A stretch of 64,000 bases of DNA from Gammaproteobacteria bacterium. GTDB taxonomy: Bacteria; Pseudomonadota; Gammaproteobacteria; SZUA-140. The stretch covers positions 9,094-73,093 of the forward strand of contig JACREF010000011.1 in assembly GCA_016218365.1 (NCBI GenBank), given 5' to 3'. Both the position numbers and the translations under genes were made by a program. Positions 19,483-28,997 of the stretch are shown here, in pieces. The notes under the pieces are model-generated. The model was given only the letters and a program-made list of their open reading frames with translations, was not told the DNA's origin and made no database searches. The first letter of the stretch is position 1. The number at the start of each line of letters is the position of its first letter.

Positions 19483-21186
19483 TCAGTCTTCCATGCCGAA
19501 GCAGACGCGTTCCGCCTCGTCCATGGTGGTGATCCCCTTGATGGCCAGTTCCATGGCCCGCCACTGGATGCTGCGATAGCCGGGTTGCCGGGTTGCCAGC
19601 TGGTTGAGCTCAGCGATGTTGCGGTTGTGCAGTGCCTGGGAGATGGTCGGGTCAATCTCCAGCAGTTCATAGACCGGCATCCGGCCATGGTATCCGGTAT
19701 TGTCGCACTGGCTGCAGCCCTGGCCTTTCCTGAACAGCGCCTGTTTGGGCAGGCCGCCGGCGATCTTCTTGATCAGTTCCAGGTGAGGTGCCGAGGGCTG
19801 GTCGGGTGCGGCACAGTGGCTGCAGATCTTGCGCAGCAGACGTTGTGACAGGATGCAGCGTAATGTCGCGGCGATCAGATACGATTCGGCGCCCATGTCG
19901 ATCAGGCGCAACATGGTGGATACGGCATCGTTGGTGTGCAAGGTCGACAGCACGGTGTGGCCGGTCATCGCGGCACGCAGCGCAATCTCCATCGTTTCCT
20001 GGTCACGCATTTCGCCGATCAGCAGGATGTCGGGGTCCTGACGCAGCATGGAGCGCAATACCCTGGCAAAGGTCAGATCGATCTTGGGCTTGATCTGGAC
20101 CTGCATGATGCCGGGCAGATGATATTCGACCGGGTCCTCGGCGGTGATGATCTTGACGTTGGGGGTATGCAGTTCATTGAGCGCGGCATAGAGTGTCGTG
20201 GTCTTGCCGCAGCCGGTCGGGCCGACGGCCAGGATCATGCCATGTGGCTGATGGATGATCCTGCTGAACGAATCGCGGATCCGGGCCGGCATGCCCAGCT
20301 TGTCCAGCCCCAGTATCGCCTTGGACTGGTACAACAGACGCATGACGACGGTCTCATGATGCAGCAGCGGCATCGTCGACAGACGCACATCGAGCTGCTG
20401 GTTCAGGATATGGATCTTGAAGCGGCCGTCCTGGGGCAGGCGTTTCTCCGAGATATCAAGCTCGGACATCAGTTTCAGGCGTGAGATCAGTGCCGGGACC
20501 AGCTGTGCGGGGATGACGTTCTTGATCACCAGGATGCCGTCGACGCGAAAGCGTATCCGCAGTTCTTCATCGTGTGGTTCCAGGTGTATGTCCGAGGCCT
20601 GTGCCTTGACGGCATCCTCGAGGATGTCGGTCAGCAGCTTGTTGACGGGTGTCAGTTCGTCTGTCTTGGGCTGCGCCTGCTCCGGCATGGGTGTTGCGCG
20701 TTTCAGATCATTGATCTGCTGCGTCAGCGCGGCCGTGGCGCTGCTGTGGCGGTAGATGTTATCAAAGACCTGCAGCAGCGCATGTTCACTGACCAAGGTG
20801 ATCTGCAGCGTTTGTTTTAGCAGCAGCCTGATCTCGTCGCAAGCAAGGACATCGGTCGGATCCGACATACCGACCAGGATGTCTTTCCCTTTCCTGTCGA
20901 TGGCAATGGCGCGGTAGCGGCGTGCCTGGACCTCCGGGATCAGGTGACTGACGTCGGGTTTGATCGGATATTGCTGCAGATCGGTGTAGGGTATGCCCAG
21001 CTGACTGGCGGTCGTTTCAAGGATCGTCTGCTCGTCGATCGCACCCATGTTGATCAGGATCTGGCCGATCTTTTCCTGTCCGGATTGATGCGCCAGCGCA
21101 TAGTTGAGCTGATCGGCAGTGATCAGCCCTTTTTGCAGCAGGAGATCGCCGATACGTATTTTTTGAATTTTATGTTGTGCGGCCAT
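19483..21186 (-). CDS. mshE: MSHA extension ATPase MshE (GspE family, N-terminal T2SSE_N/MshEN domain)
   Basis: N-terminal IGDLLLQKGLITADQLNYALAHQ...RLGQILINMGAIDEQT (MshEN-type c-di-GMP-binding repeat); Walker A GPTGCGKTTT; tetracysteine motif. Confidence 0.9.
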   Translation of the reverse strand: MAAQHKIQKIRIGDLLLQKGLITADQLNYALAHQSGQEKIGQILINMGAIDEQTILETTASQLGIPYTDLQQYPIKPDVSHLIPEVQARRYRAIAIDRKGKDILVGMSDPTDVLACDEIRLLLKQTLQITLVSEHALLQVFDNIYRHSSATAALTQQINDLKRATPMPEQAQPKTDELTPVNKLLTDILEDAVKAQASDIHLEPHDEELRIRFRVDGILVIKNVIPAQLVPALISRLKLMSELDISEKRLPQDGRFKIHILNQQLDVRLSTMPLLHHETVVMRLLYQSKAILGLDKLGMPARIRDSFSRIIHQPHGMILAVGPTGCGKTTTLYAALNELHTPNVKIITAEDPVEYHLPGIMQVQIKPKIDLTFARVLRSMLRQDPDILLIGEMRDQETMEIALRAAMTGHTVLSTLHTNDAVSTMLRLIDMGAESYLIAATLRCILSQRLLRKICSHCAAPDQPSAPHLELIKKIAGGLPKQALFRKGQGCSQCDNTGYHGRMPVYELLEIDPTISQALHNRNIAELNQLATRQPGYRSIQWRAMELAIKGITTMDEAERVCFGMED

Positions 21187-21354
21187 ACCTGGGTCAAGGA
21201 GTAATCAGGGTTACACAGCGGTTAGCGACTTTCTGCAATAAAACTTTATTATCTGGAATGTTGGAGCGGGTGGCGCGTCGCCCGTAAGGTCAAGGCACGG
21301 CGGACCGGGTCGATAAGGATTGCAGGGTTTGCCGGGGCAATAGCATGGTGGTGA

Positions 21355-21726
21355 TTGAGTATGAGTAATACGGTATTGATCGTTGATGATTCTACGGTGG
21401 CGCGCAAGATGATGATCAAGGCGCTGCCGGAGGGTTTTCAGTGTGCGGTGACCGAGGCTGCAGATGGCCAGAAGGCGCTGGAGTTGTGTCGGCAGCAGCA
21501 TTTTGACGTGATCTTTCTCGACCTGACGATGCCGGTGCTGGATGGCTATGCCACGCTCAGGGCGTTACAGGAGGCTGGATATCAGTCCTTTATCTGTGTG
21601 GTGTCGGCAGATGTCCAGCCGCAGGCCCGCGACAGTGTATTGGCGCTGGGTGCCCGTGCCTTTCTGAAAAAGCCGGTATGGACCGAGGAGCTGGCGACGG
21701 TGCTGCGTGAAAACGGCTTCATGTAG
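21355..21726 (+). CDS. Single-domain CheY-like response regulator
   Basis: VLIVDDS...D(55-equivalent)...K receiver fold; 123 aa; divergent from mshE. Confidence 0.85.
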   Translation: MSMSNTVLIVDDSTVARKMMIKALPEGFQCAVTEAADGQKALELCRQQHFDVIFLDLTMPVLDGYATLRALQEAGYQSFICVVSADVQPQARDSVLALGARAFLKKPVWTEELATVLRENGFM

Positions 21727-21744
21727 AGATGATTTTTTACCGGG

Positions 21745-22395
21745 ATGATATGTAATGTTAATAAAGACTGTTTTGTGACTTCTGAGGCAGATCGCCTGTT
21801 CAGGCCGAGGCCGGTGCTGGATGACGAGGCGCAGTCGCTGTTGCGTGAGCTGGCAAACATGGCGGTGGGGACGGGTGTGGCCGAGCTGGCCAGACGTTCC
21901 TTGACATTCATTTGTCTTGGTGTGCCGCATCTGAAGATTATGCCTTCGGCTGAGGTGTCGGACTGGCTGGGGCGTTTCGATGAACAGGGGCGTCATATGG
22001 CCATGTGCCGGGTATTTCTCGATCCGGTCATCTGTGAGGCATGGGTAACACTGGATGACGGATTTTGCCGCGAGGTCAACCGCGAATCGCCGGCAACGGA
22101 TGGCAGCGGGCAGCCCGCAGATGCCATGGCCCACGAGTTGCTGCAGCGCTTTCTGGTCGTGATCCGCAATCTGCTGGAAACAGGGCACACTATCGATGAC
22201 GACCATGCGCTGGAGACTGAGACGGTCTTGTCCGGGCTGTCATCACCGTTGCTGAAATCCTGGGGTCAGGTGGTGGCGGTGGAGATGAGCTTCAAGATAT
22301 CCGCGATAGGATGTGGCGGACGGTTTGTCATGGCCTTTTCTGGCCAGGGCGGGGTCAGCCTGTCCGAGGTCGGCAGAAAGCGCCTGATTGGTTGA
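21745..22395 (+). CDS. CheX/CheC-family CheY-P phosphatase-like protein (start uncertain)
   Basis: Exact match to the CheC-family active-site motif S-x3-E-x2-N-x22-P (SLLRELAN...22 aa...P); one motif only, as in CheX; 19 nt downstream of the response-regulator gene. Confidence 0.5.
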   Translation: MICNVNKDCFVTSEADRLFRPRPVLDDEAQSLLRELANMAVGTGVAELARRSLTFICLGVPHLKIMPSAEVSDWLGRFDEQGRHMAMCRVFLDPVICEAWVTLDDGFCREVNRESPATDGSGQPADAMAHELLQRFLVVIRNLLETGHTIDDDHALETETVLSGLSSPLLKSWGQVVAVEMSFKISAIGCGGRFVMAFSGQGGVSLSEVGRKRLIG

Positions 22396-22575
22396 TTTTC
22401 AGTCCCCCGTTACCCTGCATTGCCGGCAGTCTTGTCGTTCTTTCCACCGGGCCTGGCCACGGACCCCATCGCATCGCCTTACCCTGCCGATCGCCGGTTG
22501 GCGGGCAGAAATTGCCATTGCATTGGCAGCCGGAAAACAGTGAGAATTGGCCTTTTTACCCCGAGACATGCAACT

Positions 22576-23070
22576 ATGAAGATTGAGAAGGGCAAGGTGG
22601 TGACCATGCATTATTGTTTAAGTGAGCCGGGTCAGCAGGTCATCGAGGATTCGCGTCAGCAGCAGCCGGTGGTCTACCTGCATGGCTATCATGGCATGCT
22701 GGAGGGCCTGGAGCAGGCGCTGGAAGGCAAGCAGGCTGGGGATACCCTGTCGGTGACGCTGAGTCCGGAGCAGGCCTATGGCCAGCGCTCGGATCAGGCC
22801 CTGCTGCGCGTGTCCAAGAGCCACATCATGGGTGGGCGGGGCAGCAAGCAGGTGTTCAAGCCCGGCATGGTGGTGCAGATCAATACCAGCGATGGGCCAC
22901 GGACCGTGATGGTGCTGAAGGTGGGGTTGAAGTCGCTGGATGTCGATGCCAACCATCCGCTGGCCGGTCGTACGGTGCAGTTTGATATCGAGGTGGTGGC
23001 GCTGCGCGATGCCAGCGCCGAAGAGCTGGAGCATCAGCATGTGCATGGCGACGGTGGCCATCATCACTGA
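22576..23070 (+). CDS. slyD: FKBP-type peptidyl-prolyl isomerase SlyD
   Basis: MKIEKGKVVTMHY..., LAG(R/Q) motif, C-terminal His-rich tail (HQHVHGDGGHHH); ORF-track N-terminal extension rejected. Confidence 0.85.
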   Translation: MKIEKGKVVTMHYCLSEPGQQVIEDSRQQQPVVYLHGYHGMLEGLEQALEGKQAGDTLSVTLSPEQAYGQRSDQALLRVSKSHIMGGRGSKQVFKPGMVVQINTSDGPRTVMVLKVGLKSLDVDANHPLAGRTVQFDIEVVALRDASAEELEHQHVHGDGGHHH

Positions 23071-23082
23071 GCGGGCTGCTGC

Positions 23083-23970
23083 GTGCATCTGCTGACCTTT
23101 GCCGAGGGTGGTCGGACACGGATCGGCGTGCTGGATCGGCCGCGGGGCGAGGTGGTCGACCTGCAACAGGTCGACCCGGAGTTGCCGCAGACGATGCTGG
23201 GGCTGATTGCATCGGGTGCCCCGGCACTGCAGGCCGTGACGACGGCCGTGTCCTCCGGGCAGGGCAGGGTGCCGCTTGAGGCGCTCACGCTGCTGGCGCC
23301 GATCCCGCGCCCACCCCGCAACATCTTTTGTGTCGGCAAGAATTTTCGTGACCATGCGCGCGAGGTGCGCTCCTTGATTGCCTCCGGCACTGGGGCGGAT
23401 GTCGAGCCGCCTTCGCCTATCATCTTTACCAAGGCCACCTCGGCGGTCATCGGGCCGGGGGCGGCGATCCCGGCCAGCCTGGACCCGACGCAGTCCGTGG
23501 ATTATGAAGGCGAGCTGGCGGTCGTCATCGGCTGCGGCGGCCGCGGCATTGCCGGTGATCAGGCGCTGTCTCATGTGTTCGGCTACACCCTTATCAACGA
23601 TGTGACGTCACGGCGCCTGCAGCAGCGTCATCAGCAATGGTTCCTCGGCAAGAGCCTGGATGGCTTCTGCCCGATGGGGCCGTGTCTAGTGACGCGCGAT
23701 GAGCTGCCCGATGTCCGTCAGCTGCGGATCCAGACCCGCGTCAATGGCGAGCTGCGGCAGGACGGCTGCATCGCCGACCTGATCTTTGATATCCCGACGT
23801 TGATCGAGACGCTGTCGCGGACGATGACACTGGAGTGCGGAGACATCATCGCCACCGGGACACCGGCCGGGGTTGGTATGGCCATGACGCCGCCACGATT
23901 TCTGCAGCGCGGCGACCGGGTTACGATCACCTTCGAGCCGATCGGGCGGCTGGAGAATCCGGTGGACTGA
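23083..23970 (+). CDS. Fumarylacetoacetate hydrolase (FAH)-family hydratase/isomerase
   Basis: FCVGKNFRDHAREV...IFTKATSAVIGPG...YEGELAVVIG...GTPAGVG motifs. Confidence 0.8.
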   Translation: MHLLTFAEGGRTRIGVLDRPRGEVVDLQQVDPELPQTMLGLIASGAPALQAVTTAVSSGQGRVPLEALTLLAPIPRPPRNIFCVGKNFRDHAREVRSLIASGTGADVEPPSPIIFTKATSAVIGPGAAIPASLDPTQSVDYEGELAVVIGCGGRGIAGDQALSHVFGYTLINDVTSRRLQQRHQQWFLGKSLDGFCPMGPCLVTRDELPDVRQLRIQTRVNGELRQDGCIADLIFDIPTLIETLSRTMTLECGDIIATGTPAGVGMAMTPPRFLQRGDRVTITFEPIGRLENPVD

Positions 23971-23992
23971 AGCCGGGTTGTTTCCGCACGCC

Positions 23993-24424
23993 CTAGCGCA
24001 GCATCAGCAGGCCGAGCAAGGTGGCCGCCAGCCCCAAGGCCAGCACCAGCCAGTCACTGTGCTGGCCAGGCTCCAGCGTTGCTTGCTCCGGCCGGGCCGG
24101 ATCGAAGTAGACCACGACCACGGCACCATCGGGATATTTCTTCAGGTAGCTGGCAGTGAGCTCCGGGCTCGGGCAGGTGCCGGACGGGAACTCCAGCCGC
24201 CGCTGGTAGTCACAGCCGTTGACGCGATAACTGAACAGGATGTCCGGCAGCAGGTCATCGCGGGCCTGTTCCTGTTCGGGCGAGGTGTGGCCGATGATGC
24301 ACCCCGGGGTGCGCTGCCAGCGACGGCGCGCCCTGGATTGGGCCAGGATGGTCCAGCCCCAGACGGTGGTTGCCAGGCCGCCGACGATGAACAGCGCAAT
24401 GATGATGCCATAGCCGAGATACAT
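23993..24424 (-). CDS. DUF3592-like two-TM membrane protein
   Basis: N- and C-terminal TM helices flanking a soluble ~90-aa domain. Confidence 0.45.
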   Translation of the reverse strand: MYLGYGIIIALFIVGGLATTVWGWTILAQSRARRRWQRTPGCIIGHTSPEQEQARDDLLPDILFSYRVNGCDYQRRLEFPSGTCPSPELTASYLKKYPDGAVVVVYFDPARPEQATLEPGQHSDWLVLALGLAATLLGLLMLR

Positions 24425-24655
24425 GGCCGGGCATTATTGCAGAAAGTCGCCGGGGCGGGGAGGGCGGTCGCCGCGATGGCCGGGGCGGCTCGGCACAGTA
24501 TTTTTTCACCCATGCATCAAGCGCTTTGGGGCAGCGGTCGTTATTTGTAGACCTTGCTCAGGGATGCCGGGAGTCCCGATGGCTGGACAACAGGATCGGG
24601 TCTCGGGCATAATTGGATGTTTCATAAGGTTTTTAGCCAGGTTCAGGGGGTTTAC

Positions 24656-25693
24656 ATGTCTTGGGATAATACGAAAGACGGTGGTGACAGCTGGGGCGTG
24701 CCGGGTGGCATGGACCCGATGAAGGTGATGCAGGTTGCATCGTCCTACTGGCACTCCTGTGTACTGCATGCAGGCAATCGCCTCGACCTGTTCAATCTGA
24801 TGGATGGCAAGGGCAAGGATCTGGATACGCTGGTCAAGGAGACCGGGGCCGATCGCCGCTGCCTCGATACGCTGCTGAGCGCGCTGGTATCGATCGGTTT
24901 TCTCGAGCGTGACGGCGACCGGTTCTGGAACAGCCCGCTGAGTCAGACCTTTCTGACGACGTCGAGCAAGTATTACCAGGGTGGCATCGTCTACATGTTC
25001 GAGAACTGGTACAAGGCCTGGGGCGGTCTGTACGAGACCGTCAAGACCGGCAAGCCGACGGCCTTGATGCACAAGGAATACTCCGACCAGGAGACCCGCG
25101 ACTACATGATGGGCATGCACAACCGCGCACTGTCACAGGCGGATGTCTTGACCAGCATGTTCAACCTGACGGGCAAGAAGCAGTTGATGGATGTCGGCTG
25201 TGGCCCGTCAACCTTTGCCGTCAAGTTCTGTGAGGCCTATCCGGGCCTGAACGCGGTCGCGATGGACCGCGAGCAGAACCTGAAGATCGCCAAGGAGATC
25301 GTTGATATGTATGGCATGCAGAGCCGCGTCAAGCTGCAGCCGGGCGACTACAACACCGACAGCCTCGGCACGGGCAACGATGCGATGCTGCTGTCATCGA
25401 TGACCAACCAGGAGTCGCCGGACAATGTCCGCAAGCTGCTGAAGAAGTGTTATGACTCGATGAACAAGGACGGCGTCATCATGATCCAGGAGCAGCTGCT
25501 GCACGCCGACAAGAAGGGTCCGCAGCTGGCGGCGATGATCGGTGTCAACCAGATCATCAACACCACGCTCGGCAAGTCGTATTCGACCGCCGAGATGGAA
25601 TCGATCCTGCGCGATGTCGGTTTCGTCGACGTCAGCTCCAAGCAGATGGAGCCGCCGAGCCCGTTCATCATGGTCAGCGGTTACAAGCGTTAA
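24656..25693 (+). CDS. Class I SAM-dependent O-methyltransferase (family 2, dimerisation + OMT domains)
   Basis: Start at MSWDNTKDG (GGGGG RBS 7 nt upstream); LMDVGCGPSTFA SAM motif I; C-terminal OMT-like residues. Confidence 0.7.
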   Translation: MSWDNTKDGGDSWGVPGGMDPMKVMQVASSYWHSCVLHAGNRLDLFNLMDGKGKDLDTLVKETGADRRCLDTLLSALVSIGFLERDGDRFWNSPLSQTFLTTSSKYYQGGIVYMFENWYKAWGGLYETVKTGKPTALMHKEYSDQETRDYMMGMHNRALSQADVLTSMFNLTGKKQLMDVGCGPSTFAVKFCEAYPGLNAVAMDREQNLKIAKEIVDMYGMQSRVKLQPGDYNTDSLGTGNDAMLLSSMTNQESPDNVRKLLKKCYDSMNKDGVIMIQEQLLHADKKGPQLAAMIGVNQIINTTLGKSYSTAEMESILRDVGFVDVSSKQMEPPSPFIMVSGYKR

Positions 25694-25796
25694 CAGCGCG
25701 TCACCAAGACCCCTTCCGCCTGCCGGCGGGAGGGGTTTTGTCTTTTTGGGTTATGGTGGTTTGGCCCGGTGATTTGATGCACGAAGGCGGCAGCAT

Positions 25797-27011
25797 ATGA
25801 CGACACAACCTCTGGACCCCAAAGGCATCTCAGCATTTGCGATCGGGCGTTTGCCGCGGATCGAGTTTGGCCGTGGCAGTTTTGCCCGGCTGGCACCGCT
25901 GGTGGCGCATTACGGGCGGCGGGTACTGCTGGTTACCGGCCGGCATTCGTTTCCGTCCTCACCCTATTTTCAGCAACTGCTGGCGGCCTTTGATCACCAC
26001 GGCCTCAGCCATCTGCATGTCACCATCGACGGTGAGCCCTCGCCGCAGCTTATCGACGCGCTGGTGATGCGCCATGCCGAGTCGGGCATCGAGGTCGTCG
26101 TCGGGATCGGCGGTGGCAGTGCGCTGGATGCGGCGAAGGCACTGGCCGGGCTGTTGCCGCTGCGCCAGTCGGTGATGGATTTTCTCGAAGGCGTCGGCCC
26201 CGAGCTGGCCTATCCCGGGCCGGCGCTGCCGCTGATCGCGGTGCCGACGACGGCCGGCACCGGCAGTGAGGTGACCCGGAACGCCGTGCTCAGCGTGTTT
26301 GGTCCCAACGGTTTCAAAAAATCATTTCGTGATGAACAACTGGTCGCCGAGGTCGCGATCATCGATCCGGCGCTGCTGGCCAGTTGTCCGCCGGCGGTGA
26401 TCGCCGCCAATGGCATGGACGCATTGACCCAGTTGCTGGAATCTTATGTATCGACCCGGGGCAATCCGCTGATCGACGCGCTGGCGCTGAGTGGGCTGCA
26501 GGCGGTCGGCGGCAGTCTGCTGGACTGGTACCGCGATGGCGAGCAGGCCACGGCGGCGCAGCAGCAGATGGCCTATGCCGCCATGCTGTCCGGCATCACG
26601 CTGTCGCAGGTCGGGCTCGGCAGTGTCCACGGGCTGGCGGCACCGCTCGGTGCCTTCTGCCCGATCCCGCATGGTGTGGCCTGCGGCACGCTGGTCGCGG
26701 CGGCGACCCGGGTCAATATCGAGGCCCTGAAGGCGCGGCTGCCGGACAGCCCGGCCTTGCCACGGTATGCACAGGCGGCCAGGGTGTTGAGCGGCCAGTC
26801 CCTGGTCAGCGCTGAACAGGCGCGCACGGTACTGATAGAGTTGCTCGCCGACTGGCGGCAGCAGCTGCAGCTGCCGGGGCTGTCTGACTACGGCGTCCGC
26901 CGTGAACATCTTGATCACATCGTTGCCCATGCCCGCGGCAACAGCATGAAGACCAATCCGGTCCATTTGCTGGACGACGAACTTCGCGTGATACTTGAGC
27001 AGTGCCTGTGA
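25797..27011 (+). CDS. Iron-containing alcohol dehydrogenase family oxidoreductase
   Basis: GIGGGSALDAAKA NAD-binding motif; Fe-ADH His-rich segment (GLGSVHGLAAPLG...HG). Confidence 0.85.
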   Translation: MTTQPLDPKGISAFAIGRLPRIEFGRGSFARLAPLVAHYGRRVLLVTGRHSFPSSPYFQQLLAAFDHHGLSHLHVTIDGEPSPQLIDALVMRHAESGIEVVVGIGGGSALDAAKALAGLLPLRQSVMDFLEGVGPELAYPGPALPLIAVPTTAGTGSEVTRNAVLSVFGPNGFKKSFRDEQLVAEVAIIDPALLASCPPAVIAANGMDALTQLLESYVSTRGNPLIDALALSGLQAVGGSLLDWYRDGEQATAAQQQMAYAAMLSGITLSQVGLGSVHGLAAPLGAFCPIPHGVACGTLVAAATRVNIEALKARLPDSPALPRYAQAARVLSGQSLVSAEQARTVLIELLADWRQQLQLPGLSDYGVRREHLDHIVAHARGNSMKTNPVHLLDDELRVILEQCL

Positions 27012-27036
27012 ATGACATGGTTGTCAGGAGGGGGCG

Positions 27037-27333
27037 GTGAAACAACCGGCGGTCCATATCCTGTATGCCGAGCTGACGCTGCAGCTGCCGGCCGCTCATT
27101 CATTGAAGGACAAGCGCCGTGTGCTGGCCAGCCTCAAGGACCGGGTGGCCAATCATTACAATGTCTCGCTGGCCGAGATCGCCAGCCACGACGACTGGCA
27201 GCAGGCCGTGCTGGGTCTGGTGATGATCAACAACAGCCGGCCGCACCTGAGTCAGGTGCTGGAGGCGCTGCACGGCCAGTTGCAAGCGCTCGGTGATATC
27301 CGGGTGCTGTCGCTGACCCAGCAGTGGCTGTGA
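27037..27333 (+). CDS. DUF503 (YlxP-like) small protein
   Basis: 98 aa; HILYAELTLQLPAAHSLKDKRRVLASLKDR pattern typical of DUF503. Confidence 0.45.
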   Translation: MKQPAVHILYAELTLQLPAAHSLKDKRRVLASLKDRVANHYNVSLAEIASHDDWQQAVLGLVMINNSRPHLSQVLEALHGQLQALGDIRVLSLTQQWL

Positions 27334-27470
27334 CATAAATTTATTGCAAGTCATAAGGATAAATATTACTGCTGAGGGTCAGCATCAGCTGCTGGAAGGC
27401 AGGCCGGGGCATGATGTTTGGCCCGCAATTGTGTACCATAGGCGGACTTATCAGACAGCAGGGGGCAGAG

Positions 27471-27794
27471 ATGGCATCGGCAAAAGATGACGTGATCGAT
27501 GTACCGAAGTGGGATGTGGCGCTGGAGTCGCTGGTCGGCGATGAATACCGCAGCAAGGGCAGCGACCTGCTGATCGATGACTTCAACCGTTTGGCCCAGG
27601 TCCATGCGATCCGTTTTGATGACATCATGGAGACGGTGTTCAAGCTGTGCATCTACGGCCGCTGGCAATATCGTGATACCGCAGGCCGGTTGACGCCGAT
27701 CACGCAGCAGACCGTCGATGAGCTGTACGTCAATGCGCGGCTGCAGGGCAAGGACCTGCGCCATTTCACCGGCGGCTGGCGTCCGCAGAAATAA
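27471..27794 (+). CDS. Hypothetical protein (start set at internal ATG with AGGGGG RBS)
   Basis: ORF with good RBS; no recognisable motif. Confidence 0.3.
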   Translation: MASAKDDVIDVPKWDVALESLVGDEYRSKGSDLLIDDFNRLAQVHAIRFDDIMETVFKLCIYGRWQYRDTAGRLTPITQQTVDELYVNARLQGKDLRHFTGGWRPQK

Positions 27795-27804
27795 AGGGGC
27801 AGGC

Positions 27805-28437
27805 ATGAGCGCATTGATGCACGACACCCGCAGTTTCGAGTCCTCGGCCCAGGCGCTGGTGCGCGTCGGTCAGCAGGCCTTTGCCCAGGGCTGGGTCCCG
27901 GCGACCAGCGGCAACTTCTCGTGCCGGCTCGACGACGAGACGGTTGCGATCACCGTCTCCGGCAAGCACAAGGGTTTTCTGACGCTCGACGACATCATGC
28001 TCGTCGATTACAGCGGGCGTTCGCTCGATGGCAAGCGGCCATCGGCCGAGACCTTGCTGCACCTGCACCTGTACCGCCGTGAGCCGAAGATCGGTGCAGT
28101 GCTGCACACCCATTCGATCAGTTCGACGGTGTTGTCGCGTGCCGCCGCCGATCATCTGGTGCTCGATGGCCTTGAGGTGCTGAAGGCCTTCGATGGCATC
28201 GATAGCCATGAATCGCAGCTGACGGTGCCGGTGTTTGCCAATGACCAGGACATCGCGCGCATGGCCAGCATGGTCGATGACTATATGGACAAACACCCGC
28301 CGATCGCCGGTTATCTGATCGCCGGCCACGGCCTGTATACCTGGGGACGCAGCGTCAATGATACGCTGCGTCATCTCGAGGCATTCGAATTTCTGTTCCA
28401 GTGTGAACTCGAATTCAGGAGGATCAAGGCGTCATGA
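27805..28437 (+). CDS. mtnB: Methylthioribulose-1-phosphate dehydratase (class II aldolase fold)
   Basis: Start at MSALMHD...; PATSGNFS, HTHS and His-ligand motifs of MtnB; immediately followed by mtnD/mtnC. Confidence 0.85.
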   Translation: MSALMHDTRSFESSAQALVRVGQQAFAQGWVPATSGNFSCRLDDETVAITVSGKHKGFLTLDDIMLVDYSGRSLDGKRPSAETLLHLHLYRREPKIGAVLHTHSISSTVLSRAAADHLVLDGLEVLKAFDGIDSHESQLTVPVFANDQDIARMASMVDDYMDKHPPIAGYLIAGHGLYTWGRSVNDTLRHLEAFEFLFQCELEFRRIKAS

Positions 28438-28997
28438 GTGAATTGAGGATCTATGCCGACGGCAGCGCACAGCTGTTGCAGCGCGTCACCGACGGCCAGA
28501 CGATTGCCGCCAGTCTGGCTGCGATCAACGTCACGTTCGAGCGCTGGCAGGCCGATCGCAAGCTCGATGCGACGACCAGTAACGATGACATCATCGCCGC
28601 CTACCGGCCATCGGTCGATCGTTTGATGAAGCAGTATGCGTTCCAGTCGGTCGATGTGATCAGCCTGCGGCCCGATCATCCAGAGCGCGAGATGCTGCGC
28701 AACAAGTTCCTCAGCGAGCATACCCACAGCGATTTCGAGGTGCGGTTCTTCGTCGACGGCCGCGGCCTGTTCTTCATCCATGACCAGGGCAAGGTCTACG
28801 GCCTGCTGTGCGAGGCCGGTGACCTGATCAGCGTGCCGGCCCATGTCCGTCACTGGTTCGACATGGGTGCGCGTCCGGATTTCAAGTGCATCCGCTTGTT
28901 CACGACGCCGGAAGGCTGGGTGGCCAACTATACCGGCGACGACATCGCCAAACGCTTCCCGCGCTTCGACGATTATCTCGCCAGCCACGCCGCATGA
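28434..28997 (+). CDS. mtnD: Acireductone dioxygenase (cupin)
   Basis: HTHSDFEVRFFVDGRGLFFIH...VPAHVRHWF cupin metal-binding motifs; ATGA overlaps on both sides. Confidence 0.85.
   Translation: MSELRIYADGSAQLLQRVTDGQTIAASLAAINVTFERWQADRKLDATTSNDDIIAAYRPSVDRLMKQYAFQSVDVISLRPDHPEREMLRNKFLSEHTHSDFEVRFFVDGRGLFFIHDQGKVYGLLCEAGDLISVPAHVRHWFDMGARPDFKCIRLFTTPEGWVANYTGDDIAKRFPRFDDYLASHAA

Noticed and set aside
22420-22575. N-terminal extensions proposed by the ORF track for slyD, the O-methyltransferase (24554), mtnB (27718), mtnC (28886), pilW (32131), degQ (54241), lepA (55803), lepB (57512), era (59419), recO (60329)
   Set aside because: Extensions are Arg/Pro-rich, overlap the upstream gene, lack an RBS, and alignment to known family N-termini starts at the internal Met chosen in the feature list.
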